Shown in pieces: positions 7,911 to 16,472 of a stretch of DNA of 64,000 nucleotides; position 1 is the first letter of the stretch, and each line of letters opens with the position of its first letter. Source of the stretch: Thermoplasmatales archaeon (lineage in GTDB: Archaea > Thermoplasmatota > Thermoplasmata > Thermoplasmatales > GCA-001856825); assembly GCA_038729485.1 (NCBI GenBank), contig JAVYRX010000003.1:106524-170523 (forward strand), written 5' to 3'. The notes below the pieces were generated by a model. It saw only the letters and a program-made list of their open reading frames with translations, made no database searches and was not told the origin of the DNA. A program made the translations under genes and the position numbers.

Positions 7911-9086
7911 ATGGTTTTTGGCGGAAAATCAAAGGACATTCCTCCAAAAGGGGGTAGCCTTTTCGGGTCTACTACCTTTGAATGGGAAGATCAGTACAAG
8001 CAGGGAAATATAATGTGGAAAGTACCGAGGCTGATTCGGCTAAACGACAACGTTGTAGTGAGAGAGGATGAAACTGCCGTCTTCTTCAGGGACGGAAAGG
8101 CTATATGGTATATAGACAAGCCTGGCAGATATGCTCTTACTGACCTTAACGCACCCATCGTTGGAGGGCTGGTTAAAGCTCTATCGGGGGTACAACAGCA
8201 GGCTTACATTTACTACCTTCAGAGAAGGATAATGGACGGCAAGTTCGGTTCCAAGGAGCCTTACGCCTTTAGAGACAAGGATTTTGACATCGTAATGCTA
8301 AGACTTTTTGGGGAGGTTAGATACAGAATTTCAGACCCGTCTATATTCGTAAATCAGTTCGTCGGCACATTCAACGCGGAAACAAGCGCGGATGTTGAAG
8401 ACAGGATCAGAGATCAGCTTGTTCTCCTCGTATATAATGTCCTGGGGAAGATGAAAGATCAGGGAATATCCGTCCTTGATCTTCCTTCAAACCTGATGAA
8501 CATAGAGGAAGCCGTACTTGGGCTTTCAAAAAGTGCGTTTGATCAATACGGTCTGGAAATAAACAAAGTGTCAGGATTGAGTATCTCTCTTCCAGAGGAC
8601 GTGCAGAAAGCCGTTGACACTAGGTCTAGCATGAAGGTTGTGGGGGCGAACTACCTTCAGTTCCAGGCTGGAAAGGCAATGGAAGATGCAGCAAAGAACC
8701 CGAGCGGAGGGGCTTCTGCTGGTGTGGGACTTGGAATGGGAATTGGAGCCGGGGGAGGTATGGCATACCCGCTGGCAAGCAATATAATGCAAGGGATGAC
8801 ACAGCAGACTCCTGTACCTACTCAACAGGTGCCTGAGAAAAAGACGAAAAAATGTCCTAAGTGTCAGAGTGATGTTGACGAGAACGCCAAATTCTGTCCG
8901 AATTGCGGGTACAATTTCAGTAGCTCGGAGACAATGAAGTGCCCATATTGTGGCAAAGATATTCCAAAAAATTCAAAATTCTGTCCTGAATGTGGGAAAC
9001 CCTTAGTGCAGAAATGCAGCAAGTGCGGGGCAGACATTCCGCCAGGGAGCAAATTCTGTCCCAACTGTGGGGAAAAGGTGATCTAA
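7911..9086 (+). CDS. SPFH/Band-7 domain protein (COG4260/PF13421 type) with three C-terminal zinc ribbons
   Basis: The N-terminal ~230 aa match the YdjI-like SPFH pattern (VVVREDETAVFFRDGK...PGRYALTDLN). A Gly-rich hydrophobic stretch (GGASAGVGLGMGIGAGGGMAYPLA) follows, then 3x CPxC-x9-10-FCPxCG. Confidence 0.75.
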   Translation: MVFGGKSKDIPPKGGSLFGSTTFEWEDQYKQGNIMWKVPRLIRLNDNVVVREDETAVFFRDGKAIWYIDKPGRYALTDLNAPIVGGLVKALSGVQQQAYIYYLQRRIMDGKFGSKEPYAFRDKDFDIVMLRLFGEVRYRISDPSIFVNQFVGTFNAETSADVEDRIRDQLVLLVYNVLGKMKDQGISVLDLPSNLMNIEEAVLGLSKSAFDQYGLEINKVSGLSISLPEDVQKAVDTRSSMKVVGANYLQFQAGKAMEDAAKNPSGGASAGVGLGMGIGAGGGMAYPLASNIMQGMTQQTPVPTQQVPEKKTKKCPKCQSDVDENAKFCPNCGYNFSSSETMKCPYCGKDIPKNSKFCPECGKPLVQKCSKCGADIPPGSKFCPNCGEKVI

Positions 9087-9297
9087 TGTATTGCAGAAAA
9101 TGCGGAGCTCAGATTCCGGACGATTCGTTGTTCTGTCCGAAATGCGGAGCAAAACAGGACGCATCTTCAGGGGTACAGGAAGGGCAAGGAAAGGATGAGG
9201 AAGAGATACTTAAGGAAATGAAATGCCCTAGTTGTGGCGCTCCATTGAATCCAGCCCAAGGTGAGGCTATGGTTGTATGCAGCTACTGCGGAACATC
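8853..9297 (+). repeat. array of five zinc-ribbon coding repeats spanning the 9084-9088 gene junction
   Basis: Four units have the form C-x2-C-x9-11-(K/L)FCPxCG, with recurring nucleotide cores AAATTCTGTCC (three units) and TTGTTCTGTCC (one). A fifth, looser CPSCG...CSYCG unit follows. Three units lie before the stop and two after it. Confidence 0.8.
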
Positions 9298-10003
9298 CAT
9301 CTCTCTGGGCTCTCTTGGATGGTCGCGTGTGAAAAAGCATTTCATCCTCGATCTAAAGGTTGCGCTGAAAGAACAGGCGGAGGAAGTTTCAAAGCAGTTT
9401 CTTGACAGCAGCATATTTCACAGACACCTATTCGAGAAGAGCACTCTTTCTAAGGCCGAGCTAAGTTATGTGCCCTACTGGGTTATTGATGCAGGGTATT
9501 CAGCACAATATAAATACAAGAGAGAGCAGGTTAATCCGGGTGGTTTCGTAGGAGTGGGAATAGGTGGTAGGGGTGGATTTGGCGGTCCGACCGTTAGTAT
9601 GCAGACTATTATAGAATCGGGAACAGATGTTGACAAGGTCAGTTACCCAGTAGTTGCAGTTGAGAACTTGAATCAGTACCAGCCGCCGGACTATGTGTTC
9701 AATCTGTCTCAAAAAAGGGAGATATCAACGAAAGATCTTTCCGGTCCTGTCAAACTGATGAACGGGACTATGGGAGAAGAGAAGGCTAGGGTAGAAGGGA
9801 AGGTCAGGTTGCAACAGTGGGTAATAAGGAGACTCCAAAAGAGAGTTCATGGTTTCCAATCTGCGGAAGTGAACGTGGATATCGCAGACATGTACCTTGT
9901 TCATATACCGATATGGACCCTGGTTTTCACGAAAAAAACAGAGAACATTTTCCTTCTAATCGATGGCCACAATGCGGCAGTTATGGAGAACGTAAAGACA
10001 TAA
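9086..10003 (+). CDS. double zinc-ribbon protein with an unassigned C-terminal domain
   Basis: I trimmed the listed 8990 ORF to the ATG at 9086, which overlaps the upstream stop as TAATG. The N-terminus MYCRKCGAQIPDDSLFCPKCG is a fourth copy of the upstream ribbon, and a second ribbon reads KCPSCG...CSYCG. The remaining ~230 aa are unassigned and contain a GGFVGVGIGGRGGFGG loop. Confidence 0.6.
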   Translation: MYCRKCGAQIPDDSLFCPKCGAKQDASSGVQEGQGKDEEEILKEMKCPSCGAPLNPAQGEAMVVCSYCGTSISLGSLGWSRVKKHFILDLKVALKEQAEEVSKQFLDSSIFHRHLFEKSTLSKAELSYVPYWVIDAGYSAQYKYKREQVNPGGFVGVGIGGRGGFGGPTVSMQTIIESGTDVDKVSYPVVAVENLNQYQPPDYVFNLSQKREISTKDLSGPVKLMNGTMGEEKARVEGKVRLQQWVIRRLQKRVHGFQSAEVNVDIADMYLVHIPIWTLVFTKKTENIFLLIDGHNAAVMENVKT

Positions 10004-10038
10004 AGAAAAATTATTTCCCTATTGATCTATAGAGGATA

Positions 10039-11739
10039 ATGATCCTTTACGCTCTTGATATTTCGAGTGCCGCTCAGGGTATAGTTAACGTAAGAATGGA
10101 ATTTCCAATTGATGGAAAATGCGATATAGTGATGCCAGTCTGGACTCCCGGATCCTACTCCGTACGTGACTTCTCTCGCCACGTATTTGATCTGAAATCA
10201 TCTGGGACGATGATTCAGGCTTCAAAGAACGTCTGGTCCATAGAATCAAAAGAAAGTAGAGTGGAGGTAAAATACAGCGTTTTCTGCGACGAACTCTCCG
10301 TGCAGACCAGCTATGCCAACGACGAATTTCTTCTGCTCAACGGAGCTGGGATTTTCTTCTATGTGGAAAGAAGAAAGGATGAAAGATGCAAAGTAAGGCT
10401 GGAAAACGTGAACCGGAAGAGGGTGGCAACGGGACTGAAAGGGGACAATTACGAGTACTCCGCGGAAAATTACGACCAGTTAGCGGATTCACCATTTCTC
10501 ATTGGGAACTTCAAAAACATGGAGTTTCAAGTCATGGGGAAGAGGCATGTAGTAGCCTGGCAGGGCTTGATGCCTATTGGATCTGAAAAAATTAGCAGCG
10601 ATTTTCAAAAAATTGTGGAGGAGGAGGCCAAGATATTTGGAGAACTGCCGTATGAAGAATACTTCTTCCTCATAGTTTCCGTTCCGGACGAATTGTATGG
10701 GGGGCTTGAACACAAGAACAGCACTGCAATATTAACTAACGGGAACAAACTGGCTGAGGAGACTTTTTACAAACTGTTTCTCACGACCGTTTCACACGAG
10801 TTTTTCCACACCTGGAACGTAAAGAGGATCAGGCCTAGGGAACTGGGTCCCTTTGATTATACCAAGGAAGTGTACACAAACTTACTGTGGCTCAGCGAGG
10901 GCTTTACCTCGTATTATGAATGGCTAGTGTTGTGGAGAGCCGGTATTGTTTCAGAGGAAGAATACTTCAAGCATATTTCCACAATGATCCAGTATTATCT
11001 CCTCCAGCCAGGTCACTTATACCCCGCAGATCTCTCCTCGTTTAATACGTGGATAAAGCTGTATAAGCCTGACGGAAACATTCTAAACTCCTACGTTTCC
11101 TACTACCTAAAGGGAGAGCTGATAGCCTTTGTTCTGAACTGTTACATCCTGAAGGAGACTGGCGGGAGTAAAAGCCTGGACGATCTCTTCAGGATGCTCT
11201 ATTCTCACTTCGTTGACAACGGGGAAGGAATAGATAAGGGGGAGCTCATAGAGTACGTCAGCAAAGTATCCGGAAAGGACTCCAAAGATTTTCTTTCATC
11301 ACTCACAGAGAGCAATGAAGAGATTGATTTTGCCAAATATCTGGATGCGATAGGGTATTCCCTTAAAATGAATAAGAGGGAAAATCCGTCACCGGGATTT
11401 TTGGGGCTTGTGCTCACGAGCGAGAAGGGAAAGATAGTGGTAAGGGCATCGCTTAAGGGGCATCCAGCGTTCAAAGCTGGAATACTTCCAGGTGATGAGC
11501 TTGTAGCAATAAACGGTCAGCGCTTTATCGAATTATTCACCAGGGAGATCTCTCCTGAGATAAGAAATCTTAAGCTTGACGACCTAAAGTGGATACGCCC
11601 CGAGGAAGAGGTTTCCGTGCACCTGTTCAGAAACAACAGATTAATCAGCCTTAATGCCAGGGCTGGAAAGGAACCGCCCACGATCTCCGTAGAGAAAAAG
11701 GAGGAAAACAATTTGAAGGAGAAGATGCTAAGAGGATGA
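10039..11739 (+). CDS. M61-family glycyl aminopeptidase-like metallopeptidase with a C-terminal PDZ domain
   Basis: 566 aa. Zinc motif 'VSHEFFHTWNVKR', a downstream 'LWLSEGFTSYY' glutamate motif, and a PDZ-like 'GILPGDELVAINGQ' near the C-terminus. Confidence 0.8.
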   Translation: MILYALDISSAAQGIVNVRMEFPIDGKCDIVMPVWTPGSYSVRDFSRHVFDLKSSGTMIQASKNVWSIESKESRVEVKYSVFCDELSVQTSYANDEFLLLNGAGIFFYVERRKDERCKVRLENVNRKRVATGLKGDNYEYSAENYDQLADSPFLIGNFKNMEFQVMGKRHVVAWQGLMPIGSEKISSDFQKIVEEEAKIFGELPYEEYFFLIVSVPDELYGGLEHKNSTAILTNGNKLAEETFYKLFLTTVSHEFFHTWNVKRIRPRELGPFDYTKEVYTNLLWLSEGFTSYYEWLVLWRAGIVSEEEYFKHISTMIQYYLLQPGHLYPADLSSFNTWIKLYKPDGNILNSYVSYYLKGELIAFVLNCYILKETGGSKSLDDLFRMLYSHFVDNGEGIDKGELIEYVSKVSGKDSKDFLSSLTESNEEIDFAKYLDAIGYSLKMNKRENPSPGFLGLVLTSEKGKIVVRASLKGHPAFKAGILPGDELVAINGQRFIELFTREISPEIRNLKLDDLKWIRPEEEVSVHLFRNNRLISLNARAGKEPPTISVEKKEENNLKEKMLRG

Positions 11740-12408
11740 GATATTATCTTCTATCGTTTTCAAGAGCGAAATCATGTCATCCTTTCTCAGTTTACCAGTG
11801 TTGACATTTCTTGGACTCGGGTGATAGGAACAATAAACAGAAAGTCCGCCAACGTCGTACCTTTTCCCGTGTGAAAATTTCATGGCTCTTACGTCATAGC
11901 CTTTGCCCTTGAGATATAGTTTGAAGCGATCGAATGCAATACTTCCCAATGTTAGAACGGCCTTCAGATTCCCCATGCTCTCTATCTCGAATTGAAGATA
12001 ATCTGAGCAGTTGTCCATCTCATTTCTGTCCGGCTTGTCATTTGGCGGTACGCATTTCAAAACGGCAGTTATGTATGCATCCCTAAGCATCAGACCATCG
12101 TCAATAGATACAGAATCACGCAGGTTTGAAATACCAACCTCGTAAAGACAGGAGAATAAGAATGAGGCACTCTTATCCCCCGTGAATACCCTACCTGTTC
12201 TGTTCCCTCCAGTGGCAGCGGGAGCAAGGCCAAGTATGAGAAGCCTTGAACCTATATCTCCAAAACCCGGTACCGGTTTGCTCCAGAATTTCTCGCCGAG
12301 AAATTTCTTCCTCTTGGATGCAACTTCAACCCTATATCTCACAAGCCTTGGGCATCTCTTGCATTTTATCAGAGTGGAATTCATTTCATAAATGGAATTG
12401 AACCTCAT
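11728..12408 (-). CDS. uracil-DNA glycosylase superfamily protein, family 4/5 type (motif favours family 5/UDGb)
   Basis: N-terminal 'CKRCPRL' Fe-S cysteines, motif A 'GLAPAATGGNRTGRVFTGD' (GLAPA rather than GEAPG), and motif B 'YHPSPRN'. Confidence 0.75.
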   Translation of the reverse strand: MRFNSIYEMNSTLIKCKRCPRLVRYRVEVASKRKKFLGEKFWSKPVPGFGDIGSRLLILGLAPAATGGNRTGRVFTGDKSASFLFSCLYEVGISNLRDSVSIDDGLMLRDAYITAVLKCVPPNDKPDRNEMDNCSDYLQFEIESMGNLKAVLTLGSIAFDRFKLYLKGKGYDVRAMKFSHGKRYDVGGLSVYCSYHPSPRNVNTGKLRKDDMISLLKTIEDNISSS

Positions 12409-13190
12409 GCATTCACCCTGAACAGTCGTTCCTCCAATATCCTGGAAAGGAACTGCCTCATATCCGACGGAGAGCCAAGCCTGAATCTTGCTCTGGTGTC
12501 ACCATCCCCAACCTTTATCGTTATCTGCTCCCTAAGCATTTCAAATGCCTCTTCGTCTGTTGCGTCGTCGCCGGCAAAAAGGACGGCATCTCCCTTCTTC
12601 ATCTCATTTTCTACAGCCATTCCTTTGTTGATCCCTTTTATCCTGAGTTCGAATATATATTTCCCGCTGTACATTTCAAATCCCTCCTCCCGTATGGAGC
12701 TGATCGCTCGTTTAAGGTCTCTTATTTTTTTGCTTGAAACATGGTAGTAGTGAAACATAACCCCCCCTCCCTTGTCCTTGATGCTGAGACCAGAGAAGAG
12801 GGTTGAAAGATAACTGTACCTTGAAGCTATTTCCTTTGATCTCAAAACAAACTTATCAAACCCATCGATTGATCTTCTTTTCCCGTCTCCATCGCAGAAT
12901 TGAGCACCATGCATTGCGATTATGTTGAATCCTGGGCCTATAAGTTTCAGCAAATCATCTAAAGCTCTTCCCGTAACTATGTATGTAGGTATGAACGTTC
13001 CAATCTGCCTGACGATTTTTTTGATACCGTCGTCTGGTATGGCTAGGTCAGGGTCTGTGGTTATATTAACTAGGGTACCGTCGTAGTCCAAGAACGCCTT
13101 GGAAATCCCGCCAATTTCTCTCACCTGTTTCAATATTTCTTCCAACGTATTTCTCTCTGACATTTCACTTTCCTTTTTCTCCGGTTTCAT
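12405..13190 (-). CDS. otsB: trehalose-6-phosphate phosphatase-related HAD hydrolase
   Basis: HAD motif I 'FLDYDGTLV', motif II 'IVTGR', and motif IV 'FAGDDATDEEAF', the layout typical of OtsB/TPP. Confidence 0.75.
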   Translation of the reverse strand: MKPEKKESEMSERNTLEEILKQVREIGGISKAFLDYDGTLVNITTDPDLAIPDDGIKKIVRQIGTFIPTYIVTGRALDDLLKLIGPGFNIIAMHGAQFCDGDGKRRSIDGFDKFVLRSKEIASRYSYLSTLFSGLSIKDKGGGVMFHYYHVSSKKIRDLKRAISSIREEGFEMYSGKYIFELRIKGINKGMAVENEMKKGDAVLFAGDDATDEEAFEMLREQITIKVGDGDTRARFRLGSPSDMRQFLSRILEERLFRVNA

Positions 13191-13199
13191 CCCTGCAGT

Positions 13200-14705
13200 T
13201 CACTTAAATATATCAAAGGTTGTCTGGACATTCTTCCTTTCATCTGAAAGGATGTATTTCATCTTCTTTTCCTTCCTGCTCGCCGAATAGAGATATGATA
13301 TGTCCCTGGAATTTTCCATGATCAGTATAAATACCTTCCCCCTACCGTACCTTCCAGTTCTACCCCTCCTCTGTATCGATCTAATCTCGCTTGGAACAGG
13401 CTCATAGAATATCACCGTATCAGCAGACGGGATGTCAAGCCCCTCTTCCCCCACCTGGGTAGCGACTATTATCTTTGTCTCGCCTTCTCTAAATCTCTGT
13501 ATCACGGACGACTGTTCCTTCTGGCTCATGCCCTTCCCGTCACTCCTCGAACTCTGTCCTATGAACTTTTCGCATGAAAAACCATTCTTTCTAAGCACGT
13601 CCGTCAATATTTCAGCCGTTAGTCTGTAGTGGCAAAAGATTATGACTTTGGAATATTGATTTTCCGTGAGGATCTTGACGACCATATGCATTTTAGGCGT
13701 GTGCTCCTCAAGCTCTCCCTCAGTCAATTCATCAACATCCCTTTCAACTGAGAGTATCTTAGGATCCTTGAATAGGCCAGCCGCTTTCTTGTTGTTCTCC
13801 TTTGTCTCTTTCATATATTCCTTTAGCGGTAGTAGGCCCTGTGTCTCTGCAAATTCAATGAAGTAATCGAGAATTATTGCAACCGTCCTGAGTCTGGCGA
13901 CAGCAAAGAAATATTTGTTACCCTTTCTGATCTCCGACGATATAACATCGCCGAGTGCAATCAGGTCCTTCCGAGACTTTATTTGAATATTTATGGAAAA
14001 ATTCGTGAATTTTCCTATGGTATCCAAAAACATGTCTCTCAGTTTCTCCACGACTTCATAATATCTCTTCGGCATCTGGATCTTTACCTGATTCACGTCT
14101 ATCCCTTGCAAATAGGGGACTACGTCTGGGGACTTCTCGTCTCTTATCTCTATCTTCTCGATGTGAAGGTTATGTACTATTTCGTCTATCTTGGATGAAT
14201 CCCCGCCCGGGGACGCAGTTGTTGCAATTATCCTTGCGTCTTTAAAGAAATCGGCTATCTTTACGTAAGCATAGTTGCCGATTGCCCTGTGTGCCTCATC
14301 GAATATCACTGTAACAACCTCTTTCCTAATTCTAATGAGGAGCTCTTCATCATTGTCTATGACCTGAGGCGTAGAGACAATGACCCTTCCACTTTTATAT
14401 AATTCCTGCCTTTCCTCTCTAACGATCTCACCAGTGACCTCAACGATCTCTTCGTTTCGAATGTTAAGAAACCTCCTGATAGTATTTGCGTGCTGATGCA
14501 CTAGGGGTCTGGTTGGTGCAAGAAATATGCATTTCCCGCCATTTTCTATGAGAATAGACAGCGCTATTATTGCAATGATAGTCTTTCCCAGCGCGGTGGG
14601 TATAACGATGAGGGTATTTTTTTTCGTTGCTTCCGTGGCTATGTTGTGCTGATATTCCCTGAATTCTATGATGTCTTCCCTTAGAATTTTGGAATATTTA
14701 GGCAC
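13200..14705 (-). CDS. hef: Hef/FANCM-like SF2 helicase (helicase-only, no ERCC4 nuclease domain)
   Basis: N-terminal 'REYQ', Walker A 'PTALGKT', 'FDEAHRA' (DEAH box), 'TASPG', helicase C 'VATQVGEEGLDIP' and 'QRRGRTGR'. At 501 aa it ends directly after motif VI. It uses a GTG start. Confidence 0.8.
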   Translation of the reverse strand: MPKYSKILREDIIEFREYQHNIATEATKKNTLIVIPTALGKTIIAIIALSILIENGGKCIFLAPTRPLVHQHANTIRRFLNIRNEEIVEVTGEIVREERQELYKSGRVIVSTPQVIDNDEELLIRIRKEVVTVIFDEAHRAIGNYAYVKIADFFKDARIIATTASPGGDSSKIDEIVHNLHIEKIEIRDEKSPDVVPYLQGIDVNQVKIQMPKRYYEVVEKLRDMFLDTIGKFTNFSINIQIKSRKDLIALGDVISSEIRKGNKYFFAVARLRTVAIILDYFIEFAETQGLLPLKEYMKETKENNKKAAGLFKDPKILSVERDVDELTEGELEEHTPKMHMVVKILTENQYSKVIIFCHYRLTAEILTDVLRKNGFSCEKFIGQSSRSDGKGMSQKEQSSVIQRFREGETKIIVATQVGEEGLDIPSADTVIFYEPVPSEIRSIQRRGRTGRYGRGKVFILIMENSRDISYLYSASRKEKKMKYILSDERKNVQTTFDIFK

Positions 14706-15181
14706 GCATGTTAATAATTCTCAGGCTTTAACCTTGGCGTATACTGAGCCTTTTTTCTGAAATTCAATGATCCTTCTTTACGCCTTTCCCTCCGGCGATT
14801 TCCCATGATTAAACGCGAAGCAGAGCGTTTCAATCATTCTCCTTATGGAATGCCCAGCTCAATAGCACGCCCTGATCAATTCGACATTCTCGAGGGTGCA
14901 AAATGGATACCTTCAATACGCTACTTTCATCGACATTCTATCGAAAATGTGGGTGTATTCAACTCACTATAGATGAAATCTTCAAATGCACAACTATTTT
15001 CAGGAAGGATAAGGAATTTCACAGTTTTTTTGAAATTGCAGGTTAGCAATTCAGGTGAAATCATGAGCCTTCCTTTTTTAAATGAGATTTCAGGTAGGAG
15101 GGAACTTCAATAGCTAGAATGATGGTTGGAGATGTTCAGTATTCCAATTTACATCTATAATATTATATAAAAGATATTTCA

Positions 15182-15188
15182 TTTATAA
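15182..15188 (+). promoter_or_regulatory. TATA-box-like element upstream of the GT2 gene
   Basis: TTTATAA lies about 36-42 nt upstream of the GTG start at 15224, a spacing consistent with a short or absent leader. Confidence 0.35.
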
Positions 15189-15223
15189 GAACATTTATTT
15201 ACCGCCCTAGTATAACCACCGCA

Positions 15224-16468
15224 GTGTTTCATCCGGATCGCATATTCATATACGTACTGCTAATCTCCGTTGTTACGACGGTCATTTACCTGGTTTACTA
15301 TTTCGTAAATGTATATTATCTCCTTAAGCACGGAAATGCCAAGAAAACGAAATCATATGTTGAAACAGGAGATGTAACAATTTTGATTCCAGTCTACAAT
15401 GAGAAAGCGGGCCTCTTCGCCAGAGTAATTGATTCTGCGGCCGCTCAGGGGGTTAATATAATCGTCGTTGGAGATTCAAGCAATGAGCCGTATAGGTCAA
15501 TCGCGGAAAGCAAGGGCGCCCATTTCATTTACGTAGAGAGGAGAGGGGGAAAGAGAAGGGCGCTGTCAGAGGGCATTAAATTTGTCAATACGAAATTCGT
15601 TCTTTTTCTGGACAGCGACACAGTGCTGCCAAAGGACGCAGTAAAAAAGATGATGGCGCATTTTAAAGAGGACGTAGGCGGTGTAGGTGCGAACGTCACA
15701 GTTGTCAGGTCGTCAAAGGGTGCGTCCTACAGTGCAGAATTCATGGAGAGAGCGAGGGAGATCGTCCTTAGGGCTATGTCGGCGCATGGGGGCAGCGTAA
15801 TGGTCATAGACGGGAAGTGCGCCATGTACAGGACTGACCTGATCAAGCCGCTGGTCATCTCAAAGGAGTTCACGGAACCGAAGGTAGCAGGCAGACCAGC
15901 CATAATGGGAGACGATCAGCAGATGACATCGTACATCATTAGAAATGGCTATAAGGCCGAGAAAAGCTTTGAAGTGATGGTGGAAACTGAACCACCTGAA
16001 AACTTCAAGCAGTTTACAAAGCAAAGCATAAGGTGGGCTAGAAGTTCTTACTATTACTTTTTCAAGAACATTTTCAACGGAACTGCGTTACATGCAGGAG
16101 GGTTCTACACATTCGAGACCATAGCGACTTTCGTCATGCCTTTCCTGACGCTGGGTCTTGGCCTGTTTAGGCTCTATTTTGAATTTAGATTCATAGGGTA
16201 CCACGCCGGTACATTCTTTGACGTGATACGTGATTTCATAGCGTTTAATTTGATTGGATTTCATGGAGGCAGGAACAGTATAATTCATCTCCTCTCATTT
16301 GCTGGAATCCCTGGCCCTGCAATTTTCGGTTCTGCTCTTGCATTCAACCTTAAGAGGGAGAGATTGAGAACTCTTGGATACGGCGGGGTTGCTCTCCTCA
16401 TAATTTTCCTGACATCCATTTACGGGATGCTAACGTGCTGGAAACAGTGGACATGGCTTACAAGATGA
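15224..16468 (+). CDS. processive family-2 glycosyltransferase (HAS/NodC/chitin-synthase-like)
   Basis: N-terminal TM helix, 'ILIPVYNE', 'LDSDT', 'GDDQQMT' (compare G-E/D-D-R-x-L-T), 'QSIRWARS' (QxxRW), then a C-terminal multi-TM region. Confidence 0.8.
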   Translation: MFHPDRIFIYVLLISVVTTVIYLVYYFVNVYYLLKHGNAKKTKSYVETGDVTILIPVYNEKAGLFARVIDSAAAQGVNIIVVGDSSNEPYRSIAESKGAHFIYVERRGGKRRALSEGIKFVNTKFVLFLDSDTVLPKDAVKKMMAHFKEDVGGVGANVTVVRSSKGASYSAEFMERAREIVLRAMSAHGGSVMVIDGKCAMYRTDLIKPLVISKEFTEPKVAGRPAIMGDDQQMTSYIIRNGYKAEKSFEVMVETEPPENFKQFTKQSIRWARSSYYYFFKNIFNGTALHAGGFYTFETIATFVMPFLTLGLGLFRLYFEFRFIGYHAGTFFDVIRDFIAFNLIGFHGGRNSIIHLLSFAGIPGPAIFGSALAFNLKRERLRTLGYGGVALLIIFLTSIYGMLTCWKQWTWLTR

Positions 16469-16472
16469 ATTC

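Noticed and set aside
8990-9085. N-terminal extensions of listed ORFs (8990, 17441, 21580, 27858, 31439, 56392) that overlap upstream genes
   Set aside because: In each case an internal start codon sits at or next to the upstream stop and yields the canonical family N-terminus ([51 protein letters not shown]). The extensions are read-through of the upstream gene's alternative frame.
15115-15150. Possible C/D-box sRNA (AATGATGG... in the 14706-15223 gap)
   Set aside because: The C-box-like sequence is imperfect (TGATGG rather than TGATGA), and no appropriately spaced CTGA D box or terminal stem was found.
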